Assembly: GCA_951406725.2 (NCBI GenBank)
Contig: OX597838.1
Location: 1,798,001-1,862,000 of the forward strand
DNA: 64,000 nucleotides
From: Octopus vulgaris
Lineage: Eukaryota
Direction: 5' to 3'
Position 1 is the first letter of the stretch. The number at the start of each line of letters is the position of its first letter. This document shows, one piece after another, positions 30,164 to 44,027 of this stretch. The translations under genes and the position numbers were made by a program. Below the pieces are notes generated by a model. It did not search any database, was not told the DNA's origin, and was given only the letters and a program-made list of their open reading frames with translations.

Positions 30164-30445
30164 TTAACTTAGCTCTGTGCGTCGTGGTCTTCGTATACAC
30201 GGTGAGGTGTGCGTGGGTGTACAGCCTCCATTTTGGTTTGTGTGGGTGTATACGATTGATGTGTGTAAGGATATAGTCTTGATATGTGCGCTTATATCAC
30301 CTTCCCGTCTCTACTTGTATTGTAGCTCTAGATTTCACAGATGAAGAATTATGTACGTTATTTACATTTAACGGATATTTGTCCTCATCTGTTCTCATTC
30401 CTAACGTATTTTTCCGATGTTATTATTATTATTATCATTATTATA

Positions 30446-30507
<62 letters not shown>

Positions 30508-30511
<4 letters not shown>

Positions 30512-31124
30512 TAGTTTTATTTTTATTTTTATAGCGTGCTTTCACTTCACTACCGAGCGCAGCTCTGTGTGCCTTGGGTATGTGCTGTGATTTGTTGTGA
30601 TGCTCTGATGGTTATTGTATGGAAAGTGTTCTGCGTAGGATGTGTGCAGTGCCTAGTAGTGCAATTTTCTGTATGTTATATGTGTTTGTAAGTCCTGGTG
30701 TTTTTGTTATGTATTTGTCTGAATATTTTTTATCATGCCTAATGCACCTACTATGATAGGAATTGTTTCTGTTTTCAGGTTCCACATTCTAGTTACCTCT
30801 ATTTCCAGGTCTTTGTATTTTGAGAGTTTCTCCATTTCTTTTAGAGACACGTTGCCATCTGCCGGTATTGATACATCAATTAGAAAGCATTTTTTTCTTC
30901 ATGATCTCTGATAACTATATCTGGTCTGTTGGCCTTAATTTCTCTATCTGTGTGTATCGGCATATCCCAGAGTATGGTTGCTTTCTCGTTTTCTGTGACC
31001 TTTTCTGGTGTGTGCCTATACCATCTTTTTTCTGTTGTTATTCCATAATGTTGGCATAGCTTCCAATGTATGTAGGTTCCAACTCTGTCATGTCTGTTAT
31101 TATATATTCCTTCTTAGCCAGGAC

Positions 31125-31125
<1 letters not shown>
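30508..31125 (-). mobile_element. Second, shorter tandem copy of the same R4/Dong element (REL domain and 3' UTR)
   Basis: Highly similar to 31356-31965, with the same 3' end (tcagtagttttattttt on +) abutting (TTA)n. The 5' junction at 31125 also runs into (TTA)n. Confidence 0.93.
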
Positions 31126-31169
<44 letters not shown>

Positions 31170-31192
31170 CAGCTTATTATTATATTATATTA

Positions 31193-31279
<87 letters not shown>

Positions 31280-31295
31280 CATTATTATAATAATA

Positions 31296-31355
<60 letters not shown>

Positions 31356-31356
<1 letters not shown>

Positions 31357-33316
31357 CAGTAGTTTTATTTTTATAGCGTGCTTTCACTCACTACCGAGCG
31401 CAGCTCTGTGTGCCTTACGTATGTGCTGTGATTTGTTGTGATGCTCTGATGGTTATTGTATGGAAAGTGTTCTGCGTAGGATGTGTGCAGTGCCTAATAG
31501 TGCAATTTTCTGTATGTTATATGTGTTTGTAAGTCCTGGTGTTTTTGTTATGTATTTGTCTGAATATTTTTTTATCATGCCTAATGCACCTACTATGATA
31601 GGAATTGTTTCTGTTTTCAGATTCCACATTCTAGTTACCTCTATTTCCAGGTCTTTGTATTTTGAGAGTTTCTCCATTTCTTTTAGAGACACGTTGTCAT
31701 CTGCCGGTATTGATACATCAATTAGAAAACATTTTTTTCTTCATGATCTCTGACAACTATATCTGGTCTGTTGGCCTTAATTTCTCTGTCTGTGTATATC
31801 GGCATATCCCAGAGTATGGTTGCTTTCTCGTTTTCTGTGACCTTTTCTGGTGTGTGCCTATACCATCTTTTTTCTGTTGTTATTCCATAATGTTGGCATA
31901 GCTTCCAATGTATGTAGGTTCCAACTCTGTCATGTCTGTGAATATATTCCTTCTTAGCCAGGACTGGGCAGCTAGAGATAATATGATTTATTGTTTCTTG
32001 TCCATCTCCACATATTCTGCAGTTACTTGTAATATTTCTTTTCATTACATGTTTTTGGTAATTTCTGGTGGGGAGGCTTTGGTCTTGTGCTGCAATTAAA
32101 AATCCCACTGTTTCTGCTTTGAGTCCTGAGCTTCTCAACCATTGCTGGGATTTTTCTTTGTCTATTTCTTTTGCGTTTAGTTTAGTCCAGTATTTACCAT
32201 GAATGGGGCTTTTCTTGCCATCGTTTTATCATGGTTCGTTGCTGTTCTATTTTTAGTTTGGATTTCATTTGTTTTATAGCTTTTGTTGTTTCTTCTTCTT
32301 CTTCTTCTTCTTCTTCTTCTTCTTCTTCTTCTTCTTCTTCTTCTTCATGTTTATTAGGTTGTATGATTTCTTGTTTGTATTTGTCAGCTTCCTTAAATAC
32401 TGAGAACAGTTTTTTGTTTTGCTCGTGTTTTGCCGCTATCTGGATCAGTTTTCCTTCCTTCTGAAGTAGATATTTTTGCAGTCCTATGGTGGTTATTTTA
32501 TAGTAGTTTTCCAGCTGTATAAGGCCTCTACCACCTTCTATACGTTGTATATATAGTCTTTCTATGTCAGATTTTGGGTGATGCATCCTAGATCCTGTCA
32601 TTATTTTTCTTGTTTTCCTATCTATTTTGGTCAGTTCATTTCGCGTCCAGTTAAGGATATTGTAGCTGTAACTTATAACTTGGACAGCTAAAGTGTTGAT
32701 ACCTATTATCTTGTTTTTAGCATTGAGTTCTGTTTTTAGTATTGATCTAACTCGTCTATAATATTTTTTTTTTATTTTCTCTTTCATTTGTGTGTGTTGT
32801 GTCTTATCTAGTTCATGGATTCCTAAGTATTTGTAAGTTTGGCTTTGGTCTAATTCTTTTATTTCATTGGTTTTATCTAGTGTGATGTTATTACTCTTAA
32901 CTAGTTTTCCTCTTTTCATGGTTACTTTGGCGCATTTTTCTAATCCAAATTTCATATCTATTTCTTTGGTAAATCCATGAACTGTCTTTAATAGTGTTTC
33001 CAGCTGTTTGTCATTTGCAGCGTATAGTTTTAGGTCATCCATATATAAAAGGTGGCTGATCGTTTTGCCGTAACATTTATATCCGCATCCAGTTCTATTT
33101 AGCATATCAGATAGAGGTGACAGTGCCAAGCAGAAAAGGAGTGGAGAGAGCGTGTCTCCCTGGAATATTCCTCTTCTAATGGGGATGTCTTTGGTTTTCA
33201 TGAGTCCCTCTTTTGTTTGGAGGTGTAGGACTGTTTGCCATTTATTCATAGAGTGCTCTATGAATTTTATGATTGTTGGTGCTACTTTGTTAATGGCTAG
33301 TGTTTCGAGGATCCAT

Positions 33317-33319
<3 letters not shown>
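31356..33319 (-). mobile_element. R4/Dong-clade non-LTR retrotransposon, 5'-truncated (RT, CCHC finger and REL endonuclease; two frameshifts)
   Basis: Motifs RRGIFQGDTLSPLLF, LYMDDLKLYA, YKYLG, EGGRGL, AAQDQSL, CRICGDGQETINHIISSC, RHD, RPDIV and KYKDL. ORF stop at 31453, short 3' UTR, (TAA)n on both sides. Confidence 0.95.
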
Positions 33320-33348
<29 letters not shown>

Positions 33349-33358
33349 TTTTATTTTT

Positions 33359-33419
<61 letters not shown>

Positions 33420-33562
33420 TCGGAAAAATATCTTAGGAATGAGAACCCAGGTTCGAAATTCCCCCAGGACACGTGTGGTTGTGTTGTCTTGATGTGTATG
33501 TGTTGTTACTGCCTGAGACTATCAGCGTTTGATCTATTTTGGTGGATCAGTACTGCGAGCTG

Positions 33563-33820
33563 TGGAGGCACATGGCCTAATGGTTAGATTAGCGAACTCG
33601 TGGTCGAGGGATTGCGGGTTCGAATCTAAGACCGGGTGATGTGTGTTTATGAGCGAAACACCTAATCTCCACGCGGCTCCGGCAGAAGGTAATGGCGAAC
33701 TTCTGCTGACTTTTTCGCTACAACTTTCTCTCACTCTTTCCTCCTGCATCTTGCAGCTCACCTGCGACGGATCGGCGTCCCGTCCAGGTGGGGAACCTAT
33801 TCGTCAGGCGTGACTCGAGA
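33563..33820 (+). mobile_element. tRNA-derived SINE family 4
   Basis: tggcctaatggttag A box and gggttcgaatc B box. The 3' cctgcgacggatcggcgtcccgtccagg is a typical SINE 3' domain. Confidence 0.7.
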
Positions 33821-34057
33821 AAGAACAAGAAACAAGCAGCAAGCAGCAACAACAATAACAACAACAGCTGGCAGAGTTGTTAGCATGCCGGACAAAATGT
33901 TTACCAGCATTTTCTCCGGCTAAGGTTCTGTGATAAAATTCAACCGAGAACTTTTTCATTCATTCCCAGAATTTTAGTCCCTGCCCCTAGTGTAGAAAGG
34001 ATGATTAACTTGTGTATATATACATACATGTGTATATATACTCTACGTTGCGTGCAG

Positions 34058-34133
34058 ATTGGGCAAGTGTCTTCTGCTGTCGACCAAACCCTTGTGAGTG
34101 GATTTGGTAGACGGAAACTAAATGAAGCGTGCC

Positions 34134-34136
<3 letters not shown>
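34058..34136 (+). mobile_element. SINE family 1 fragment
   Basis: ttgggcaagtgtcttctgct...ccttgtgagtggatttggtagacggaaact followed by (TA)n(TG)n. Confidence 0.75.
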
Positions 34137-34185
<49 letters not shown>

Positions 34186-35174
34186 ATATGTATATGAGTG
34201 TGTGTCTGTGTCTGTGTGGGTGTGTATGAATGTATCTTTGTAACTATGTGCGTGTGTGTGTATGCGTGCGTTCGTGTGTATATATTTGTGTGTGTGTCTT
34301 CCGAGATATTACCTTGCCTGCCGGTGGTGTGCATCCTGCCGTCGAAGCTCAGAGCAGCAACAGGCTGACTCGACCTAAATAGAATCTCACTAATCCCTGC
34401 CACGGTAATACACAAGGCACGACATACAGACATTGGAATCTTGAGATTACAACCACCTCCTCCACTGCTACAACTCCCTCCCATAAGCTTCCCCTATCAC
34501 TCCTCTCACAATCCTCTACTACCATATCCTCCCACCGCCACTCACTACTACAACCTCCTACCTCTATTACAAAATGCCATATCTATGACAACCAGCCAGC
34601 TATGTCATACGATATTATATAATGTCATACGAACAGGATACAATATTACCCGGCTTCAGTTTCCCTCCTCTTCCACGAGACACCATTTTGCTTAATTATC
34701 TTTTCAACTTTCCCGTCGCCATATTGTTATTTCTGTTGCCATGGCATCGTATGACATTCCTTTGGTTTTTATTTTTCTCTTAAACGCTTTCTCTCTTTTC
34801 TATCTTAACCAACAACACTCGTCCTCCCTGTTAGAAATTCTTCTCTACCCTCACTCATTCTCTCTGTCTCTCTCTGTCTGTCTCTCTCTCTCTCTCTCTG
34901 TCTGTCTGTCTGTCTCTCTCTCTATCTATCTATCTTCCTCTCTTTCATTCCTTCCTCAAATTCCCAGCAAATATAAATATTTCACTTTAAACTGCGTCAT
35001 TTCTTTATTTCTTTTCCCATTCCTGTTGCATTAATCTGATGTCTCTCTCTCTCTCTCCCTCTCTCACTCTCTCTCTCTATATATCTCTCTCTTAATCTGT
35101 CTGTCTATCCATCCATCCATCCATCCACCCATCCATCCATCCATCCATCCATCCATCCATCCATCCATCTATCC

Positions 35175-35270
<96 letters not shown>

Positions 35271-35356
35271 GTCTGTCTGTCTCTCTATCTATGTGTCTGT
35301 CTGCGTGTCTGTCTAGCTATCTGTTTGTCTGTTTGTCTGTCCGTATGTCTATCTAT

Positions 35357-36300
35357 GCGTTCTATAGAGGATTAGTGGAGGGGAGGTGCGAGGACGTTCA
35401 CGAGCAGAATCTGGGTGTCGACGAGGAACACCTGACCCGCCTGTTCAGGACAACTTTCGGGCAGGGACCTATGGACAATCACCAAAGAGCCCTGGCCTTG
35501 CAGTGCTACCAAGAAGCAGTACCTGTTCGTGATAAGCTCTAGAGGCACGGTTCGAGACACATCGGACCGAATTGCCCGAGATGCAGTCAGAATGACGAAA
35601 CCGTTCTGCACGCCTCGTGCAGTATCCAACCATTTCGGATCTGTGGGCTTATGCCTAACGGCTGCTGTCACATGTAAGTCGAGTCCGCTTGTCGGCCGAG
35701 TCTGGCGCCATAATTGCTCCGTCACTTTCCCTCAACCGGGAAGGCAAGCCAGTTTTTTTTCGTACTGGTGGCCATAGTGAAAGAATATGTGTGGTGGACT
35801 CGAGCGAAAGGTTTAGAGACAAACACTTACCTCTCTGGCCAATCGCTCATCAACTTTTTCAAGTACCACTTGAAAAGGAAGGTGAGAATGGAGAGGCAGG
35901 TTTTGTCTCGTGAAAGTTTAAAAAAAAAGGTGGGCGAATGTAGCGAGCGCGTGACAAAACCACTTTGAGCATGATCCAGTAAATCGTAAAAGAGAGAGAG
36001 AGAGAGAGAGAGCTCTTTGCTCTCATGTGTTTATTCCCTCCCTGCCTGAGGTTACCGTGGTCTTTTCCGTAGGCTTTTCTTTCCACGGATAAATCTAATC
36101 TTGCATTTTACATTTTAAAATTTCTTCTGTGACACACGATCCCTTTTGAACGTTTTTTTTTTCTCCCGATCCCCTTTGATCGGAATTTTACTTTTATTAT
36201 TTCTTATTTTTTCCCTTTTTTTCATTTTCGAAAATAAAAGCTCTACATTTGTATTTGTCCCCTATGTTTTCCGCCGCCCTGTGTGGCCAATAAAGAAAGT
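35357..36300 (+). mobile_element. Tx1/L1-like LINE 3' fragment (zf-RVT region plus 3' UTR)
   Basis: ...ALQCYQEAVPVRDKL*RHG...CPRCSQNDETVLHA (CCHC zf-RVT-like). T-rich 3' UTR ending ccaataaagaaag. Preceded by (TCCA)n(TCTA)n. Confidence 0.75.
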
Positions 36301-36785
36301 TATCTGTTGTCAGTCTATCTCGGTTCTCATGACAATATTCCAAACATTATCCTCTTACTATTCACAAAGCATCTTTTGTTTCCTCCAGTTCTAAGAAAAA
36401 TTTCAGAAAACTTTTCAAATCTTACAACAGATTAATTTTCCTTTTCTTTTCTTTTTTTGTTAATCCTTTTGAACCTTTATAAAAGATTTCTACACGGCTT
36501 AGTCAAATTGTTTTAATAGCGCTCTGTCTTCTGCAATGTTCCACTGTCAAAGCGCATGACAGGAAGCCATTCGTACTTCCTGTAAGTTGATGTGTTTTCG
36601 TAGCGGTGGCTGGATTTATATCATTCGATGATTGATTGATATTTTGAAACCTATCATAAACCTATTTGCAAAGGTATGTTCGCTCTTATATTGTACTGTA
36701 ACAATATATCTTTTAGCCAGCAACAACCAGAATGCCTGCTCTGTTTTTGTTGATATATTTCATTTACTTTTTGTTGATATATTTC

Positions 36786-36839
<54 letters not shown>

Positions 36840-37682
36840 TGCGTGCTTATAATACTATATTCATACTTCTGTGAAGTTATTTTTAAAACTAATTGCCTAA
36901 AAAAATAGAAAACACATTCTTTGTTTAGTACTGAATGAATATTGTTTCATTCTTGTGATTAGACTTGTATAAATGTTGACGGTTAAAAGTGTTTGTTGAG
37001 AGCCTTGCACGTTTCACGGTAGACCAAGCTGGTTGTATCTAAACAGCATGTTGTTGTATTTATGCATGTCAAATTTTGTAGTTTCCTGGTAATTATTGTC
37101 TTACATTCCTTTTGTTAACTAAAGATGGTGAAATTTATTGTTATGGAACAGCGCGCAAAAATACAATCTCTATTGCAGATTTTTCCCGAGAAAATGTAAG
37201 TTTTGGTAAAATGTGTGCTTATCACCTTGCAAAAATTGGTTTTATTAGTCAATCCATATATAGGTCTACTAGGTCTAACGGTTTTAAACTAAGATATTAG
37301 TAAGATAAATATATATATATTATACACATGGCAGTAAATTGAATGCAACTTTCTCGAAACATATTTTGAATACTAGAAATTGAAATATCTACATAAAAAG
37401 ATGACAGTGTCTTGGTGAGGTCCTACAGTCAAAAGCAAGATATTAAACAGATTTGTTTTATCAGTGAGGAAACAATATATTCGTGTTTCATTGTGAAAAC
37501 ACTTTCAATCCTCAATTAGAATGAATTGTATTTTGCCGGCCTAAATCCAAATTCATTAAAATACATTTTAAAACCGAACAGAGAAGGATTCTTTTCTTTC
37601 AAGATATAAAAGAATAAAGTCACTTCTTTTGTATTTTCGAAGTATTGAGACAGAAGTTGTTTTGATAATCGACTCCACCTAA

Positions 37683-37790
37683 GGCGGTGAGCTGGCAGAA
37701 TCGTTAGCACAGCGGACATGATGCTGCTCAGCGGTATTCATTCCAAGTCATTACGCTCTGAGATCAAATTCCACCGTGGCCGGCTTAACC
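37683..37790 (+). mobile_element. SINE family 2 fragment
   Basis: ggcggtgagctggcagaatcgttagcac...ctgagatcaaattccaccg. Confidence 0.75.
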
Positions 37791-38800
37791 AATATGGCGG
37801 TGTAGCAAAATTTCCAACCTAGATTCATATTAAACCGGATTTATAATCGTTTTGTGTATAATAATCTACGCTAACCGTCAACAACTGGAGTCTCTACCTA
37901 CTGACATTTAATTACTCTTTGATGTGCTTCAGGCCAACGGCTATGACCATGCTGGGGCACCTGCCTGTATTTATATGTGCATGTATGTATATGTGTAAAT
38001 CTGTATGTCTCCCTACAGAGAGAGAGATCATTATGGCTACGAGACACCAAGAAAGAAGATGTGCTGGAACCGTTGCTAGAAGAAGAAGAAGAAGAAGAAG
38101 AAGAAGAATGCTAATCTGTGGCGACATTTCAATATTAGACTCTGTAAGTGTTTTCCTCTTCCGTCTCCTCTTCCTCATCGACGTCGTCGTCGTTGTTTTC
38201 AGCTTACATATCGTTGTCATCGTCATCTTCATCATCGTCGTCGGTCGGTTGCTACATGTCTGTGTGTGTGTGTGTGTACGTCTATGTGTGAGAAAAAGAT
38301 AGAAAAAGATGGAGAGTAAGAAAGAGAGGGAGGGAGAGAAAGACAGAGTATGAGAGATTGAGAGCATTCTGTGTAGTCTATTATAACAATAGGAAATATT
38401 TAATTATTTTACCTGAAACTCGTGAATTTATTTTTCATTTTTACACTTAATCGACCTAAACACGCTACACCATTGATTCTCCACCACCACCACCGCCACC
38501 GCCGCCGCCACCACCACCACCACCGCCACCGCCGCCACCGCCACCGCCGTTAGCCAACATAGTAAATCCCTATATCTAGAAATAACAGACAATTTTACCT
38601 CTTCAAAAAAGTAATGAGATACTGGGTAATGTAGTTCCAAACCAAAAGAGAGAGAGGCCCAATGAGGCACGCTGTACGGCTCTGTGCCACTGGGGGGGGG
38701 GGGGCTCGGCCCACTTCTTATAATGATAAGTGTCAATTGCTTGCTTTATAAATTGTTTTTCGATCTGTACTGTTATATGTAAATATATCACATACACCGT

Positions 38801-38890
<90 letters not shown>

Positions 38891-38922
38891 GTAGAATAAT
38901 AAAGAAAATTTCTTGTTACAAT

Positions 38923-39257
38923 ATAATGTATTTGAAAAAATGAGTAGAGATGGCTTTTGGGAGGATAATTTTTATTTTAATGATAATGTTTGCAGTGACT
39001 CCAATGAGTTTCGAGCTTTTCGAAATCCGAAACTGAAATTCTGTTCTTTGGAACGTTGCGCATATAGCAAAAGATTTTATCCTTTCTTGGTAGTACTTAC
39101 AGCAAAAGCCCTTCTCTGCGAGCAGCAACCCACAAAACCTTACAAACGGCTGTCGAAGGGTCCGAAACTCATTATACCGACTGCAAACATTATCATTTAA
39201 ATAAAAATTATCCCACCCCACAAAAGCCATCTCTACTCATTTTTTCAAATACACTAT
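38923..39257. mobile_element. MITE-like element with ~105-bp imperfect terminal inverted repeats
   Basis: ataatgtatttgaaaaaatgagtagagatggcttttg... pairs with ...caaaagccatctctactcattttttcaaatacactat. Non-coding core, TA at both termini. Confidence 0.75.
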
Positions 39258-39377
39258 TTTCCTTAGTCATTGCGCGGTGATCGCCATAAACTTTAAGCTT
39301 ATATATTAAAAAAAAAACATTATTACAATTTACAGTAAAAACGGCGCCGTATAAAAAAGAAACCTTTCGCACCGAAA

Positions 39378-39443
<66 letters not shown>

Positions 39444-39587
39444 TTAGTATAGACAGCAGTGTGCAATATTTTACCGAAAAGGAAGACTATAAACGTCACT
39501 AAATACAAGTAGGGTGTTAGAACACCAACATTGTTAGAAATAAAAGCGCATAGAAATGTAAGTGATCTAAGACCTTAGACATATTTA

Positions 39588-39635
<48 letters not shown>

Positions 39636-39788
39636 TATACATATATACAGTATACATATATATATATGTTTATATATATATATATATATATATATTAATT
39701 TTTATATATATATATATATATATACACATGTACATATATATATATATTAATTTATATATATATATATACACATGTACATATATATATA

Positions 39789-39836
<48 letters not shown>

Positions 39837-39846
39837 CATGTTCACC

Positions 39847-39918
39847 CTCGCCGATGGGGAATGTGGCCTCGATATCCTGCGTGACAGGTGGGGACACCTA
39901 CCATTATACTAACGAGTA
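39847..39918 (-). pseudogene. tRNA-Asp(GUC) pseudogene
   Basis: 72-nt minus-strand TACTCGTTAGTATAATGGTAGGTGTCCCCACCTGTCACGCAGGATATCGAGGCCACATTCCCCATCGGCGAG is colinear with eukaryotic tRNA-Asp(GTC). The T-loop/B box is mutated (GGCCACATTCC) and the stems are mismatched. Confidence 0.85.
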
Positions 39919-39948
39919 CAGGTATACATACATATAAGTATCAATATA

Positions 39949-40031
<83 letters not shown>

Positions 40032-40038
40032 GTATATA

Positions 40039-40108
<70 letters not shown>

Positions 40109-40807
40109 TATACATATATATACATACAGGTTTATCGTCGGTACTGGTTGCTAACACACTCATTGAACAGTTTGAAACGAAACCTGCATTTCAATTCTGC
40201 TCTTAGCCTCCGATCAACTTTGGACGGATGTGGATACTTTCAGTACATTAAGTTTAAAAAGAAAAATAAGACGGGGGTGGCACTGCTGGAATGTCTGTGA
40301 TAAAAGAACTGATGAATCATCGCTGACATAAGTTTGAATAACAGTAGCAGCCGCAGTAGCACCAACCATTTTCTTTGTCCGTTTTCGTAGATTACGGATT
40401 GGGTGGGAGGAGAAGGATTCAATGCCAACAGTCGATGGATATCCGATAAGAATAATAGAATAACAACAACAACAACAACAACGAAAACTACACTAATATC
40501 ATCAATAGCAATAACAGCAGCGTCAACAATACGAACATCAGTTGCAAAAGCAACAACAACAACATCAAGAACGAAAATATAGAATCCGAATAAATGTAAT
40601 TTCTCAATGGTGAAGGGGTGGGGACAAAAAGAACACCAACAAAAGCAAAAATATTGATGAACATGCATTTACTGTTACCGTTCTGTAAAATCTTTGATTG
40701 GTCGACAAATGATTCTCTACAGTCATTTACTCTGTGCTTCTATCTACCTCTTTCTCTCTCTCTCCCTCTCTCTCTCTCTCCTCATATATATATATATATA
40801 TGTATGC

Positions 40808-40844
<37 letters not shown>

Positions 40845-40872
40845 ATATGCATATTATATATATACATATATA

Positions 40873-40905
<33 letters not shown>

Positions 40906-41287
40906 GTTTATACATACTATTTGCCTACATTGTGTAATTTATCTGCTACAAAGATACAATTCCATTAACTCAAAGATGTCAATGAAGAAGGATTTGCTGC
41001 ATAAATTCCTAACGAATCTCTTTGTATTTCTTCAGAGAGGAAGTGCAGGTTTATGTGTGTGCGCCGTATGAATGCGTGCGTGCGTGTAGGGACACATGCG
41101 TATAACCATATGCATACACACAAATATTTACATACACATACATATAAGTGTGTGTACATATATATGCATGTGTGTGTACCCCCTAAACTCTTCTAAAATC
41201 TTCTAAATCTCTCTCTCTTATTTATATATATAAATATGTATGTGAATATGTATGTATGTATATAAGTGTATATATAGATGTGTGTGA

Positions 41288-41338
<51 letters not shown>

Positions 41339-41945
41339 CAAATATGTATGTATATACATACATGTGCGTGTCGGCATTATCTGCCGTATGGAATACCAAA
41401 GAAAATAAAAAATGCCACGAAGTGCAAAGCAACACCAAAAATATTGTCGCAGGAGATCCAAATAACCAATAACCAATCGTTCGAACGAGCCAATTCATGC
41501 AGCAACGAATCGATCAGATTTCTTTGTTAAAGACTATTGACTAAAGAATTACACCTTAATCAATCTCTCAATTCCGACCGATTACAATATATTTCTAATG
41601 GAAATGGAGACGTTGTCCACATGAGACGAAAACAACGAGATATAGACGTAGCCATTGATAGGATAATAGATGTTTTAGAGGAGAGCTGAGGGGTCTCACA
41701 GACAAACAGATAACCGAAGCATAGAGCGCGTCTGTCATTTGATCAAGTAGAAATAGCAGCCAAATACTCCTTGATTTTGGTAAGATGGATTTGTGTAATA
41801 GTCCTTGAGAAGCCTCCATTATTATGTGGGATGGTCGCAGTAAGCATGACTACCTCTGTTCGTAATGATGATCAGAAGAATGAAACCGGGGAGGATAAGG
41901 GTGGTCCTTTGGCCGGAGTTCATTGGTCAGCTTTTAACATTAAAT

Positions 41946-41991
<46 letters not shown>

Positions 41992-42164
41992 CGCGCTCAC
42001 AACTAATGTGTCGACTCTCTTCCCATAAATGTAACTCATATAATTTCTTTTTTCCTTCCAGATTCACCAAAACCCATGATTACTTCGAAGTCTCAAGCAA
42101 CACAGCAATACGTAGCTGACGAATGAGACATGAATATACATATCTTATTCTGTATACATCTACA

Positions 42165-42218
<54 letters not shown>

Positions 42219-42471
42219 TCGTATGTATGTGTATATATATGCGTATAGGTATATGTATATATATGTATATATATGTATCTATATGTGTATGTATATGTAT
42301 GTATATGTATATATATATATATATATATATGTATACATATACACACACACATATATATATACACACACAAACGCTTACATGCACACAGATATCTATCTAT
42401 CTATACAAATATATATATATATATATACAAATATTTGTATATATATATATATATTTGTGCATGTAAGCGTT

Positions 42472-42512
<41 letters not shown>

Positions 42513-43375
42513 ATGTATATGCGTTATATATATATATATATATATATATACATACATACATATATGTACATGTATAAACTCACCGACACACATATCTATA
42601 TGCACACGCAACTGCAGTTATGTATATGCGGACGTGTGTTTGTGTGTGTGTTTGTTTGTGTGTGTTTGTATGTCTGTATGTGTGTGTGTTTGTTTGTTTG
42701 TTTGTTTGTGTGTGTGTGTGTGTGTACACAGGGGAAACAGCTTTACATTCAGTGGTGTTGTATTGGAAACACGACAATGAAATGGTTTTTGTGTTCTTTT
42801 TTCTCTGGAGACTTTTTCTATTTTCGCTTGAGATTTTTGCAGTCGGATGTGTTGGAAAAGTTAAGATTTCAAAGACATCCTTCAACGCATCTACGCATCA
42901 ACCATTTCATATGCCCCTTGCTCACTGTAGAGACAAACTGGTGCCAGAACTGGAACCTACGATGGATACCAGTTATGTGCACGTTATACCAGTTTTTACA
43001 GACATACCAGAAGTCATCAAGTAACACCGGAAGATATCAAGTAATTCAAAGAAATCCTAAAAAATTTCTCCGAACCAAAACTCACCAAGCAATACAGTGC
43101 GAATAGAATTAATGGCGATACAATTGCACCAGTTCCAGATATAAACCTTCACAAAGAATGTAACATATATGTCTGTTTAGATTGAAGGCGAAAATAAATA
43201 CTTTTGCTTACATGGAGACAATGAATGTCGACACAAAACCTTTAGGAACATTTGGATTGTTCTCCACAAACGAAGTCGGAAATATAACTCTATAGAATAA
43301 AATGGTCAGGAATAACAACGGGTGTTCGCAGAAACTCAAGGAACCAACTCATAGAACAATACATCTACCTACCTA

Positions 43376-43433
<58 letters not shown>

Positions 43434-43496
43434 ATTCTCTAGATGGTATAATTTCATTTTTCATTATTGAATTGATAAAAGGTGTTCTTTTTCTAA

Positions 43497-43564
<68 letters not shown>

Positions 43565-43749
43565 ATGTAAGTATGTATGTATGCCATCTGACGTACACCA
43601 GCCCCCCGCCATCTATTTGGAAATACATCAGGCAGTACATGTAAAGAGTAATTTACGGGCCATGTGGATACTAACGATGGGAGTCAATGAACAAATGATC
43701 AAAAGCCTCTTAAAAGAGCCCAATAAATAACACCAAACCTTAAATTGAC

Positions 43750-44027
<278 letters not shown>

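Noticed and set aside
42843-43106. Open frame after a strong pyrimidine tract ([14 protein letters not shown]...)
   Set aside because: The peptide is not recognisable and two frames are similarly open, so it cannot be assigned to the gene without transcripts.
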